IMG/VR virus record: IMGVR_UViG_3300046673_000306
Location: 42,546 to 106,545 of that record
DNA: 64,000 nt
DNA from: a virus
Reading direction: 5' to 3' (one strand)
Positions 36,296 through 45,563 of this stretch are shown here, piece after piece; the stretch's first letter is position 1, and each line of letters begins with the position of its first letter. The notes under the pieces were generated by a model. It did not search any database. It saw only the letters and a list, made by a program, of their open reading frames with translations, and was not told the DNA's origin. The translations under genes and the position numbers were made by a program.

Positions 36296-37136
36296 GGTAA
36301 TCCTCCTGTGGTTTTTTGATCAGTGAATGCTCAGCCTTCCCCGATACGGATATCTCTGAAACGGTTTCCAGGTACTGGGCGGCTGCCGCCCACTCAATGG
36401 CGACGGAGACGCTGAGCTTGGACTGGTAGATTTGGTCGGCCCCGTACGGGGCCTGGGCGAATCCGGCGTGGGCGACGTCCAGGACTATGACCCCGTGCTT
36501 GCGCAGCTCCCGCTTCTTCTCGATCCACATTATGGCCATGGCCCGATCCGTGAGCAGGTCCCGGGCCTGCGTGTTCCGGGCCGAGGCCGTGACCTCCATG
36601 GTCATGTCGTAGAAGCCGCCGAAGACCATACCCGTGGGATGATGCGGGGAGGAGGCCCGGAAATTCTTGGCCGGGAACTCCTCGGGGCCGATCCTAGTCC
36701 CGAGCAGGGTCACGAAGTGGATGACCTTCCCCTCCGCCCTCTTCTCCTCGACTTTGAGCGAAAACTTGGGCCTCGGCTCCATCGCGGAGTGGTCACCGGC
36801 GTAGCCGAGGACTATGTCGTCTCCCGGGGTCGTGATCAGGGGCAGGTCGAAGACCCTCCTCGTGGCCGTGCCCCCGGGCTCCTCGACCAGGGCCAGCCCG
36901 AAGTAGTTTCCCATGGCGTCCCCGATGCCCATGCGCCGGAACTTGCCCGGCTTCCCGGTGACGGTCAGGCACGGGAAGTCCCGGACCTGATAGCCCCAGG
37001 CGTCGAGGACGATCGACTCCTCTGACCGCGACGGGCCCGTCTTGTCGGGCTGGAACAGGGCGTCGGAGGACAGGGCCCGGCGCAGGGTCGAGATCACGAT
37101 CCTGGTCGCCGCGAAGGAGAGGTGGATTTCAGCCAT
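36282..37136 (-). CDS. tail completion/terminator-like protein
   Basis: FP.LTV and V.ASARN...RD.L.D patterns; directly before the sheath. Confidence 0.55.
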   Translation of the reverse strand: MAEIHLSFAATRIVISTLRRALSSDALFQPDKTGPSRSEESIVLDAWGYQVRDFPCLTVTGKPGKFRRMGIGDAMGNYFGLALVEEPGGTATRRVFDLPLITTPGDDIVLGYAGDHSAMEPRPKFSLKVEEKRAEGKVIHFVTLLGTRIGPEEFPAKNFRASSPHHPTGMVFGGFYDMTMEVTASARNTQARDLLTDRAMAIMWIEKKRELRKHGVIVLDVAHAGFAQAPYGADQIYQSKLSVSVAIEWAAAAQYLETVSEISVSGKAEHSLIKKPQEDYHGIA

Positions 37137-37137
37137 G

Positions 37138-38595
37138 TTAGCCCAGGAAATCCTTGGGATTGACGAATATCGTGCCGTTTACGTTCTGAGGGTCGGTGAC
37201 TAGCCCCGATTCCTTTCCCTGCAAGACGCGGAGCCTGTTGAGGTCACCGGCTTGGACGTCCAGGGGCGCGCCCAGGTCGAAGATCGACTCCACGCCGTAA
37301 ATGGGGTGGGTTTGATCCATGAGTTCGACGTTGGCCTCTTGGATGATCATGACGCCCTGGACCCGGTACGGGGATACCGAACCTATCTGGTACCGGAGCG
37401 TGGCGTTGATGGCGGCCTCGTAGCTGACGTAATAGGTCGAGGACTTCTGGGGTCGGCGGCCCTCCGGGAGCCAGAGGATGCCGCTTCCGACGATGGTCGC
37501 GATGAAGCCCGAGGCCGGGAACTTGTCTTGGTCCGATATCCCGGAGCCGTAGCCGCCGTCTAAGGTCACGATGAAGAACCCGGCGTCGGCCATAGTCCCC
37601 TTCCGGAGGGTGGCGGTCACGCGCTTGCGCTTGGCCGCCTGGCAGAAGACGCTGACGGTCAGGCCCGGGGCGAAGCCAGCGTCAGCGTAGAGCGTGACCT
37701 TGGGCTGCGTCACCCCCAGGAGGTTGTCGTGCGCCGGTGGGTCCAGGGGCGCGACCTTGCCCAGGACACGGAGGACCCGGGAATCCGGGTCCGGGGGCGG
37801 GGTCAGGGCGTCGGCGACCGCGAGTTCGCCGCCGGTCAGGATGTAGTCGACGCCGTCGACGAAGTCCTCACCACCGCCGACCTGGGGAGGCACGTCGTAG
37901 CCGTTGTCCGGCGTCGAGATCGGGGCGGGGTTGGGGACGGATAGGGTGGAGCCGTCACGGGTCCTACTGATCTTGAGGACCTTCCGCGCGTTCAGCTTCA
38001 ATAGGGGATCGACGTTGGGGTCCAGGGCGCCCCGGATCACGGGCTCGGCCTGGAACCTGACGCAGTCCGTGACCGGGGCCCGGGATAGGGAGACGACGAA
38101 GTCCCGGTCCCGAAGCGGGAAGTTTGGCATCAGCGTCAGCATCGGCTTCTGCTCAAGGGTGATCCCCAGCTCCGTCAGCTTCCTGGCCATGGGGTTGGGG
38201 CCGATGGTTCCTACGCTGCGGCCCATGAAGTCGTAGCCGCCCACGAACCTTGTGTTCCAGCAGATGCGGCAGCCGTCCTGGGCCTGATTCGTGACGGGGT
38301 CGACGCAGGCGCAGGTCTCGCCGAAGCGCTTCTGGCGGTAGATCAGCAGGTCCTCACCCACGGCCTTGAGCGCCAGCACCCGCGTGTTCAGGGCCTGATT
38401 CACGACCAAGTCCATGGCCATGATCTGGTCAGGCTGATCCTGGTAGGGCCCCAGGGGGTCGGGGAACGCCGACGCCGGGTCCACGGCCCCGGGGACGGGC
38501 GGGCGCCAGCCGGACTCGGGGGGAGCGACCGGGCTGAAGGCCTGGTCCGCAGGACCCCCGACGCTGCCGAACGGCTTCTCGAATTTTCCGTTCAT
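37138..38595 (-). CDS. neck/head-closure protein with Zn-binding CxC...CxxC
   Basis: GETCAC..GCRICWNTRFVGGY; synteny. Confidence 0.6.
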   Translation of the reverse strand: MNGKFEKPFGSVGGPADQAFSPVAPPESGWRPPVPGAVDPASAFPDPLGPYQDQPDQIMAMDLVVNQALNTRVLALKAVGEDLLIYRQKRFGETCACVDPVTNQAQDGCRICWNTRFVGGYDFMGRSVGTIGPNPMARKLTELGITLEQKPMLTLMPNFPLRDRDFVVSLSRAPVTDCVRFQAEPVIRGALDPNVDPLLKLNARKVLKISRTRDGSTLSVPNPAPISTPDNGYDVPPQVGGGEDFVDGVDYILTGGELAVADALTPPPDPDSRVLRVLGKVAPLDPPAHDNLLGVTQPKVTLYADAGFAPGLTVSVFCQAAKRKRVTATLRKGTMADAGFFIVTLDGGYGSGISDQDKFPASGFIATIVGSGILWLPEGRRPQKSSTYYVSYEAAINATLRYQIGSVSPYRVQGVMIIQEANVELMDQTHPIYGVESIFDLGAPLDVQAGDLNRLRVLQGKESGLVTDPQNVNGTIFVNPKDFLG

Positions 38596-38599
38596 CTTC

Positions 38600-39931
38600 C
38601 TATCGAATCCTCATTTGTCTTGGCGCGTATACCCTTATACGGAAAGAGAGCGGGCTCGTGAGGATTCCCTCGCCGTGGACGAAGCGCATCGTGCAGTAGA
38701 GCTTGATGGATTTGAGTTCTGTGGCGAAGGCCGACTCCTCGGCCTGGACCATGTTGTTGTAGAGCATGGTCCGGTTGATGCTGATCGTGGTCCCGCCAGC
38801 CCCGAGGTTGAACTCCTTAGCGGCCTCAAGCGCGGCCTGAGACCTCAGAGCGGCCAGGCGCGCGGCCACGAGGATGTAGTTGAAGAAATCCTTCGGTGCA
38901 GTCTCAAGGTTGAAGTCCGTGACCATGGGTATGGCGTTGACGCGGCTGAGACCCATGCTGATCGCCAGCCAGAGGTCGTCGTCGGACCAGCGCCTGACCC
39001 TGGGGTCCGGGGGGTTGTCCTTGAGCAGGGCCCGGAGGTTGACGATGTACCTCTCCGCCTGCGGCGAGAAGTTGCAGATGGACTCGGAGGGGGCGCTGCA
39101 CCGGCCCGACCTGTCCATGGACGTGACGAAGTAAGTGTAGTAGTCGGGGAAGAACTCGACGCCGCCGCCGACAGAGTCGTCGCAGAACTCCAGGCGCTCG
39201 CAGGCCCTGACGCAGCCGATCCTGTGCTCGTTGCGCCAGACCTCGTAGAGCACGATCTCGGGTATGGCCGCGACCGCGCTCCACGTCAGCTTGATCCGGT
39301 GCTTGTTCCGGTCCAGGGGGTTGGAGGTGTAGACGGCTTGGAGCGCCGTGGGCGGAGGCACCGGCTTCTCGGGCTCGCACTCGCGGCGATCGCCGCAGGG
39401 GCTGGGCTCGCCGTCGCAGCGGTGATACTCGCCGTCACGGTACCTGAAGAGGGCGTTGTCGTGGTCCCGCCACCACCAGGTCCAGTCATAGAGGTAGCAC
39501 CAGCGGTGCCGGTAGGGGTCGTACCACCAGAAGCAGTCGTTGTAGTAGACCGTCCAGGTATAGACGTCGCGGAAGTAGAACCCCCAGCGGTGGTACGATC
39601 CATCGAAATGGTGGCAGAGTTCGTGCTCGGACCAGTGCCGCCAGTGGTAGCCCCGGTCGTTGATGTCCCAGGATATGTCCTCGGCCCTGATCCTATCCTC
39701 GACCTCGCGGTCCATCATGGGCCTGAGCCGGATTTCCTCAGGAGCGATCAGCCTGTGGTCGTCGCGCTCGATGGGCTTCTGGCAGATGGGCCTGCCCTGG
39801 GGTCCCGTCGCGGGGTACTGGATGCTGCCGGGAGAGCCGTGCTCGACCATGCGGTCGCCGACAGGCCTGCGGCGCCAGTGCTCCTGGCGCGGGTGCTGGT
39901 CCTGGTGGGGGTCGGGGATAGGATCGCCCAC
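38600..39931 (-). CDS. head-tail adaptor-like protein with Trp/Tyr/His-rich N-domain and FN3 domain
   Basis: C-terminal LR.LLKD..RWSDDDL..A.S.VN..P connector pattern; FN3 L.WS..YEVWR..YTYFV. Confidence 0.6.
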   Translation of the reverse strand: MGDPIPDPHQDQHPRQEHWRRRPVGDRMVEHGSPGSIQYPATGPQGRPICQKPIERDDHRLIAPEEIRLRPMMDREVEDRIRAEDISWDINDRGYHWRHWSEHELCHHFDGSYHRWGFYFRDVYTWTVYYNDCFWWYDPYRHRWCYLYDWTWWWRDHDNALFRYRDGEYHRCDGEPSPCGDRRECEPEKPVPPPTALQAVYTSNPLDRNKHRIKLTWSAVAAIPEIVLYEVWRNEHRIGCVRACERLEFCDDSVGGGVEFFPDYYTYFVTSMDRSGRCSAPSESICNFSPQAERYIVNLRALLKDNPPDPRVRRWSDDDLWLAISMGLSRVNAIPMVTDFNLETAPKDFFNYILVAARLAALRSQAALEAAKEFNLGAGGTTISINRTMLYNNMVQAEESAFATELKSIKLYCTMRFVHGEGILTSPLSFRIRVYAPRQMRIR

Positions 39932-40015
39932 TTAGCTGACCCCCATGATCGTCGGCGCTGAGATCGGGGCTGCCGAGCGCGTGAACGTACCGACGGTCAC
40001 TGATTGGTTGGCCAT
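39932..40015 (-). CDS. 27-aa ORF in frame with, and abutting, the adaptor gene
   Basis: ATG 40015, TAA 39934-39932 followed directly by the GTG start at 39931. Confidence 0.35.
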   Translation of the reverse strand: MANQSVTVGTFTRSAAPISAPTIMGVS

Positions 40016-40021
40016 ATCACA

Positions 40022-43000
40022 CTACCGCCAAACTGAAACACGGACAACTGCACCTGCACCTTGAGCCGAGGTCCAAGTCACGTCCAGGAAGTCGCTGATC
40101 TGATTGGCGAATCCCACGATGATCGTCGGGACTGCCCCCGGAACCTTGTACGCCACGGTCATTATGGTATCTGAAGTCAAAAGACCCGCTAACGACATGG
40201 TTTCGGTCGCGGTAGCACCGGTACCCGGTGCACTATCGATGACTACGATTCCCTTCGGTACCGTAGGCTCCCATTGGGAATCGGTGGCACTATAAGTTAA
40301 AACCTGGCCATCGGTTGGGGTGGCCTCTGTTACTGGGGTGTTTCGGATACCTGCGACTGTGGGATTAGGTAATGTCCCTGAGAGGTCTCCGCCAAGAGCG
40401 GACGACCCACCAAATAATAGCGAGCCTCCTACATTGATACTACCGTTCACGTCAAGAGGATGTGCCGGAGATGATGTGTTTATGCCGACCTGGCCCGTAG
40501 AGTTGACAAAGATCGACGATGCTGGCGCCGCATGGTCCAGGTGGAACACAGCTGCACCGTTAAATCCATTACTGCCGGTAAGAGACTTTAGTTCAAAAGC
40601 TCCACCGGTATTTCTGGCCACAACCTGCCACCTAGTAGTCGCCAAGGTGTATGGGGTAAGGGTCAAGGAGCCGTCTAGGATTTGCCCATATGTTGCGTTA
40701 CCGCTAGAGCTGATACTAGCTCCATTAACGGCATCGACCTGAAACACGAGGCCCACGGAATGGCCGTAATGCCCGAGCTGAACTGTGAACACACCGCAGC
40801 CACCAGTGCCTGGGATGGTCTCTACACCACCGTTGGCTACGCCGAGCTTAAGGCTCGCCGCGACATCCAGGCCAGAGAGGCCAGTAGTCACGACCAGGGA
40901 AGCATTGTACTTATTGAAGGCGTCTCCGGGAGTGGTAAGCGTATATATTGTGTTCGTAAAACTCGCCGTGAACGATGCGTAAGAATGCGAGTACGCACCC
41001 CCCGTGGGGTGCGTCGAAGGAACTGGCGCTGTCTGAGCATGACTTGGGTCACCACTCACCGCAACGCCAACCAAAATCGCGGCGGCGGGGTATGACAAAA
41101 CTGCCACCATGACCTGCGCTGCCGTCGAGACCCCCGATGCTATCTGGACATGTATGGCCGCCGAGGATACTGTCACGACCTCTGAACCTGCGGTGCCGCC
41201 GGTTTGGTAAGAGATTGCGATGGCACGTCCCGCAAGCCCAGTCGAAATAGAAGTATACGTGAGGTCCTGTATGACTACGCTCGATACACTATCCACGGAA
41301 GCCGGAGTAGAGGCGCGCACGGCGCTCTGGATGGCTGCTGCAATATTGGCCCCACCGGTTATAGCAGATGAACCCAGGTTAATGGTCAATGGGGATTCCC
41401 CATTGATAGTCATCGTCAACGTGGAGTTCGCCGCCACCGAAGTCGCGGCTCCAGATCCCCCTACGGACTGCCACCCAAAGATAGATCCCGTCCAGAGAGA
41501 CAAACCGCCACCAGTCGCCCCTGCTGACCCAGAAAGAATATTAACAGACCCGCCATTATAATCGGAGTCGCCTGCGAGCGCGTATATAGCACCGCCCCCA
41601 AGCGAGCCGCTAGTCCCATAAGCTCTGCCGCCAATAAGTATAATTCCATCCCCAGCACTGCCTGGAGCCACTGCTCCAGAGGGGCCCATTATTTCAACCG
41701 GAGACAAGTACCCACTGGCATTTATAGACGGCACAAGGATAGCGCCTGGTGAATTTAATGGATTGCTGGATTTGAGATTAACCCCTGAGATGGCCGCACC
41801 ATATCCAGGTCCAAAAATAGTTGGCAGAAACGCCGGACCCACTGGAGACCAATTGAAGATTGGCATTGAATTGTTCGTGTCGCTAGAGAAGGTCTCACCC
41901 TGAATAGCGTGAACGGAAGTCACCGAAGGATTCGGGTATTCCCCGGATAAATCACCGCCTGCATAGCCGGTTGGGGTGGCCTCTGTGATTGGGGCCGGTA
42001 GATTAGTTGGCTCCCATTGGGAATCGGTGGCACTATAAGTTAAAACCTGGCCATCGGTTGGGGTGGCCTCTGTTACTGGGGTGTTTCGGATACCTGCGAC
42101 TGTGGGATTAGGTAATGTCCCTGAGAGGTCTCCGCCAAGAGCGGACGACCCACCAAATAATAGCGAGCCTCCTACATTGATACTACCGTTCACGTCAAGA
42201 GGATGTGCCGGAGATGATGTGTTTATGCCGACCTGCTCGGAGGAATTGACGAATAGTGCTGGTGGGACTCCAAAACCGGAACCGGAACCAGCTTTATATA
42301 ACCCGAAAGAACCATCGGAATCCGAATGTTCAAGAACCCACATTCCTGATCTATTGGCGGCATGAAGAAACACTCTTGCGTTAGGATTCTGACCCGAATT
42401 CGAACCTCCGAATATATTTAGACCATCCCCATCCCAATAACCGATCGTAGATGTCCCCGGACTACCGCTCCCTGCGATGAAGTGAAATCCACCAGTGCCT
42501 CCCACGCCTCCGAAATACTCTTGCCCACCATTATCAATTCCTAATTGCAGAGCTGCCGCCACGTCTGGACTAGACAAACCAGTGCTGACCACGAGACTGG
42601 CTTGCATGTGGGTTAGAACATCCCCTGGGGCCACCATCTGGTACGCGCCTCCAGAAAATTGACACTGGAATCCAGAATACGAGATTTGATTCGTGGGAGT
42701 CGCGGCAGTCAAGGCCTGAACCTTGGCTTGGATATCAGCCGCAATCGCAATCCCCGTGCTATTGGCGGCCAGGACAATAGTCTGCGCAGCTTCACCATCG
42801 ATAGACATGGTCAATGTCGCGCCCGCAGAGACCGAGGTTGCGGGGCTATCGCCGCTATCGGATTCCCATCCGAGCACATTGCCTGAGAAGAAAGTCATGC
42901 CGCCGCCTGAGGTGCCTCCACTGATACCAGCCGCGATGTTCATCCCGCCGCCGCTGAAGTCAGGGGAACCAGCAGAAATGAAAGCGTTGCCCCCGGATTG

Positions 43001-43639
43001 AGTGAAGTTCGTTCCGAAGACAGGCGCCCCCGAAATCCATGCCCCGCCGCTTAATCCGAGAGCACTAGGATTGTTTTGACCCATGGAAGGAGCCATCACC
43101 GCCGGATACGAGTATCCATCGGCATCCACGTCGGGGGCCAGGAAACCGCCTGCAAAGTATCCCTTTGGATTGGGCGACAAGAGCGTGGCCCCGTACATAG
43201 CCGCGCCACTGGCGGGGAATGGCGGCGCCGGGAATGATGCGGCGGTTATAACCGGAGTCGCATCCGACGACACCGACTCGCCATTCGGCATGAGCACGGA
43301 CTGCGCAACGACGGCCTGCCATGTCGCGGTCGTGGCTGACGTCGCAATCAGGGCCTGCCCCGGGGCCGGTGGCGCGGCTGCGCTTACGACGACCGGGGAA
43401 CCAGTAGTGGCCAAGCTCGTAGCTGCCCCACCTCCCCCGCTACCCGGGGCCCAGGACGTCCCGTTAAAGACCAGGGCCTGCCCCGTAGTCGGTGCCGTTG
43501 GCGACAGCGGGGTACCGGCCAGCATCAGCGCCGCAGTGTCGATCGCGGTGAAGTTGGCGTTGATCTTGGCCCCAAACAGGTCGTAGGCGCTGATCGGGGG
43601 CAGGTCTAGGTTCAGGTTCGGGGTGAATGTATCGGGCAT
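40022..43639 (-). CDS. Gly/Ser-rich fibre protein (head or neck whisker) with internal duplication
   Basis: TPNLNLDLP..INANF..ID fibre N-terminus; GGDLSGT.PNPTV and GQVL..W.P motifs; VGINTSSP..LDVNG. Confidence 0.75.
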   Translation of the reverse strand: MPDTFTPNLNLDLPPISAYDLFGAKINANFTAIDTAALMLAGTPLSPTAPTTGQALVFNGTSWAPGSGGGGAATSLATTGSPVVVSAAAPPAPGQALIATSATTATWQAVVAQSVLMPNGESVSSDATPVITAASFPAPPFPASGAAMYGATLLSPNPKGYFAGGFLAPDVDADGYSYPAVMAPSMGQNNPSALGLSGGAWISGAPVFGTNFTQSGGNAFISAGSPDFSGGGMNIAAGISGGTSGGGMTFFSGNVLGWESDSGDSPATSVSAGATLTMSIDGEAAQTIVLAANSTGIAIAADIQAKVQALTAATPTNQISYSGFQCQFSGGAYQMVAPGDVLTHMQASLVVSTGLSSPDVAAALQLGIDNGGQEYFGGVGGTGGFHFIAGSGSPGTSTIGYWDGDGLNIFGGSNSGQNPNARVFLHAANRSGMWVLEHSDSDGSFGLYKAGSGSGFGVPPALFVNSSEQVGINTSSPAHPLDVNGSINVGGSLLFGGSSALGGDLSGTLPNPTVAGIRNTPVTEATPTDGQVLTYSATDSQWEPTNLPAPITEATPTGYAGGDLSGEYPNPSVTSVHAIQGETFSSDTNNSMPIFNWSPVGPAFLPTIFGPGYGAAISGVNLKSSNPLNSPGAILVPSINASGYLSPVEIMGPSGAVAPGSAGDGIILIGGRAYGTSGSLGGGAIYALAGDSDYNGGSVNILSGSAGATGGGLSLWTGSIFGWQSVGGSGAATSVAANSTLTMTINGESPLTINLGSSAITGGANIAAAIQSAVRASTPASVDSVSSVVIQDLTYTSISTGLAGRAIAISYQTGGTAGSEVVTVSSAAIHVQIASGVSTAAQVMVAVLSYPAAAILVGVAVSGDPSHAQTAPVPSTHPTGGAYSHSYASFTASFTNTIYTLTTPGDAFNKYNASLVVTTGLSGLDVAASLKLGVANGGVETIPGTGGCGVFTVQLGHYGHSVGLVFQVDAVNGASISSSGNATYGQILDGSLTLTPYTLATTRWQVVARNTGGAFELKSLTGSNGFNGAAVFHLDHAAPASSIFVNSTGQVGINTSSPAHPLDVNGSINVGGSLLFGGSSALGGDLSGTLPNPTVAGIRNTPVTEATPTDGQVLTYSATDSQWEPTVPKGIVVIDSAPGTGATATETMSLAGLLTSDTIMTVAYKVPGAVPTIIVGFANQISDFLDVTWTSAQGAGAVVRVSVWR
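40266..40492. repeat. 227-bp direct repeat, copy 1
   Basis: Identical by eye to 42009-42235. Confidence 0.9.
42009..42235. repeat. 227-bp direct repeat, copy 2
   Basis: Identical by eye to 40266-40492; offset 1743 bp (in frame). Confidence 0.9.
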
Positions 43640-43642
43640 AGA

Positions 43643-43996
43643 TCAGACTCCGTAGGGGACCTCGGCGTTGGCTGGTGGGGCTGCGGCCTCGCCGTATGGA
43701 CGCGCGCCGTAGTCCGTGCACTCGACGGCGACCAGGGTATAGTAGACGTCCTGCCCGAAGATGGGGTCGTCGACGTCGACGTCGGTGTAGGACGTGGCCC
43801 TCGGGCCCAGGTCAAACTCACTGGCGATCATGGGCCCGGGGGCGCTGACAACCGGGCTCCGAAAGAGCCGGTACCCGATCACGTGGTGGCCTGCGGCGTC
43901 GGCGGGCGCGTACGGGGACCAGGATAGCAGGACGCTATTGCGGTTGGGCAGTAGCGTCGCGCTCAGTCCCGGGGGAGCGATCAGTTCATAGGCCAT
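43643..43996 (-). CDS. single FN3-like domain virion protein
   Basis: PPGL.A..V.LSW..GYRLFRS..SYTD..YYTLVAV. Confidence 0.7.
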   Translation of the reverse strand: MAYELIAPPGLSATLLPNRNSVLLSWSPYAPADAAGHHVIGYRLFRSPVVSAPGPMIASEFDLGPRATSYTDVDVDDPIFGQDVYYTLVAVECTDYGARPYGEAAAPPANAEVPYGV

Positions 43997-43999
43997 GTC

Positions 44000-45394
44000 T
44001 CAGCTGCTCAACACATTGAGAATGTTGGTGACCGAGGTCACGTCCTGATGCCGGTAGACCCCGATGTCCGGGTAGCCGACCGGGGTGGTCTGGCCGGGCA
44101 TGACGCTAGGGAACCCGGCGTTCTTCAGTTCCAGGCCCCCGACGGCGGCGGAGTTCAGGGAGAAGTCGTTGCCTCCGGGGTTGTTGAAGGGGGACGCTGA
44201 CATCGCGATGCTGTTGGGTCCGGTGTTCAGGTTATTGGTATCCCCCAGGGTATTGCTGTAGTACCCGTTGTAATTGATGGATGCGGAAACGGGGTGAGCC
44301 TGGGCCGTCACGACGTTGATCCCGTACCCGCTGCTGTTGCTGATGATGTTGTTAACGATTATGTTGGTTGAGATAGAGACGGTGGCTGACAACCTGATCC
44401 CATCCCTTCCGCTCCCGTAGATCGTGTTCCCGACGATGGTGGCGACCCCGAGGTTGGTGGCATAAATGATTCCGTCGGAGGAGGCTCCGGTGCAGTTCGT
44501 GATCAGGCAGTCTATGACCTGATTCTGCGCGTTAGTGCCGCCTAGGTATATCCCGACGCAGGTGTTGTCGTGGACCCAGCACCCCATGATGCAGTTGTTT
44601 CCTCCGGAGTTGCTGGAAATCCCGACTATGGTGCAGCCCATGACCTCGGTGTTGTAGACGTAGCCGGTGTTGGTGGTGACGATCCCGGACGCGAACCCTG
44701 TGACCTTGCAATTCGATATCTGGGTACCGTCCGAGCCCACGGAGATTCCGATGACGCCGCCCGAGGTGCTGCTGAAGATAAGGTTCTGCAAGCACCAGCC
44801 GGTGGCCGCCGAAAACGTGATCCCGTTTATGGCGTTGGACCCGGTCGAGATCAGGGGCCGATTCGAGCCCGTAGGGATCGTGCTGTGGTTGGTGACATAG
44901 CCTATGAGGCTGTTCTGGTAGTTACCGGCGGTCACCGAGGGGGCCAGCGCTGAGGTTATGTTGTAGGTACCGGACGCGACGTAGATGGTCTGATCGGGAA
45001 CAGTCATGGCGGCTATCCCCTGGGCTATGGTCAGGAACCCGCCGCCCATCCTCCCGGTCATGCCCGTGGCCCCGGTGGTGCAGCAGATGGCGTTCACGCT
45101 CCATGTATTGACGGACGTGTTGACGGTCGTGACCTCGTATCTCCCGGGGGTAAAGCCAGTGCCGCCCGTGATATTGACGATGTTCCCGACGTCGGTTGCG
45201 GCCACGGTGTAGCCCGTGACCGTGAAGGATGAGCCTGTCTTGTAGGTGGCGGTGATGGTCGAGCCGTCAAAGACGACTTGGGCGGCATTCTGCTGGCTGT
45301 GGTCAGTGCCCCCGGCACCGACGGTGTATCCGCCACCGTTGGAGTCGCTGCCCCCGGTCCTGACCTCCCACGCCACCGCGCTGGTGAGTGCCAT
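44000..45394 (-). CDS. right-handed beta-helix (pectin-lyase-like) virion protein
   Basis: TIAQGIAA..IYVASGTY; repeated I.NC.I.N..GI coils. Confidence 0.75.
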   Translation of the reverse strand: MALTSAVAWEVRTGGSDSNGGGYTVGAGGTDHSQQNAAQVVFDGSTITATYKTGSSFTVTGYTVAATDVGNIVNITGGTGFTPGRYEVTTVNTSVNTWSVNAICCTTGATGMTGRMGGGFLTIAQGIAAMTVPDQTIYVASGTYNITSALAPSVTAGNYQNSLIGYVTNHSTIPTGSNRPLISTGSNAINGITFSAATGWCLQNLIFSSTSGGVIGISVGSDGTQISNCKVTGFASGIVTTNTGYVYNTEVMGCTIVGISSNSGGNNCIMGCWVHDNTCVGIYLGGTNAQNQVIDCLITNCTGASSDGIIYATNLGVATIVGNTIYGSGRDGIRLSATVSISTNIIVNNIISNSSGYGINVVTAQAHPVSASINYNGYYSNTLGDTNNLNTGPNSIAMSASPFNNPGGNDFSLNSAAVGGLELKNAGFPSVMPGQTTPVGYPDIGVYRHQDVTSVTNILNVLSS

Positions 45395-45395
45395 C

Positions 45396-45563
45396 TCAGT
45401 TCACCGGTTGGAAGAATTGGGGATTTCCGGTCACGAAGTTGCAGGCGACGTAGACGCCGAGATTGCTCATGTCCTGGAACGGGGCGACGCCGTCTCCCTG
45501 CAACGCGTCTCCGACGGATACCCCGTCCTGGCCCGGGTCGGCGATGACCTTGTACTGGATCAT
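45396..45563 (-). CDS. small hypothetical protein (MIQYKVIADPG...)
   Basis: ATG overlaps the upstream TGA; GGAGG RBS. Confidence 0.55.
   Translation of the reverse strand: MIQYKVIADPGQDGVSVGDALQGDGVAPFQDMSNLGVYVACNFVTGNPQFFQPVN

Noticed and set aside
40266-42235. Diversity-generating retroelement TR/VR pair
   Set aside because: The copies are identical with no adenine-specific mismatches, both are coding, and no reverse transcriptase is in the window.
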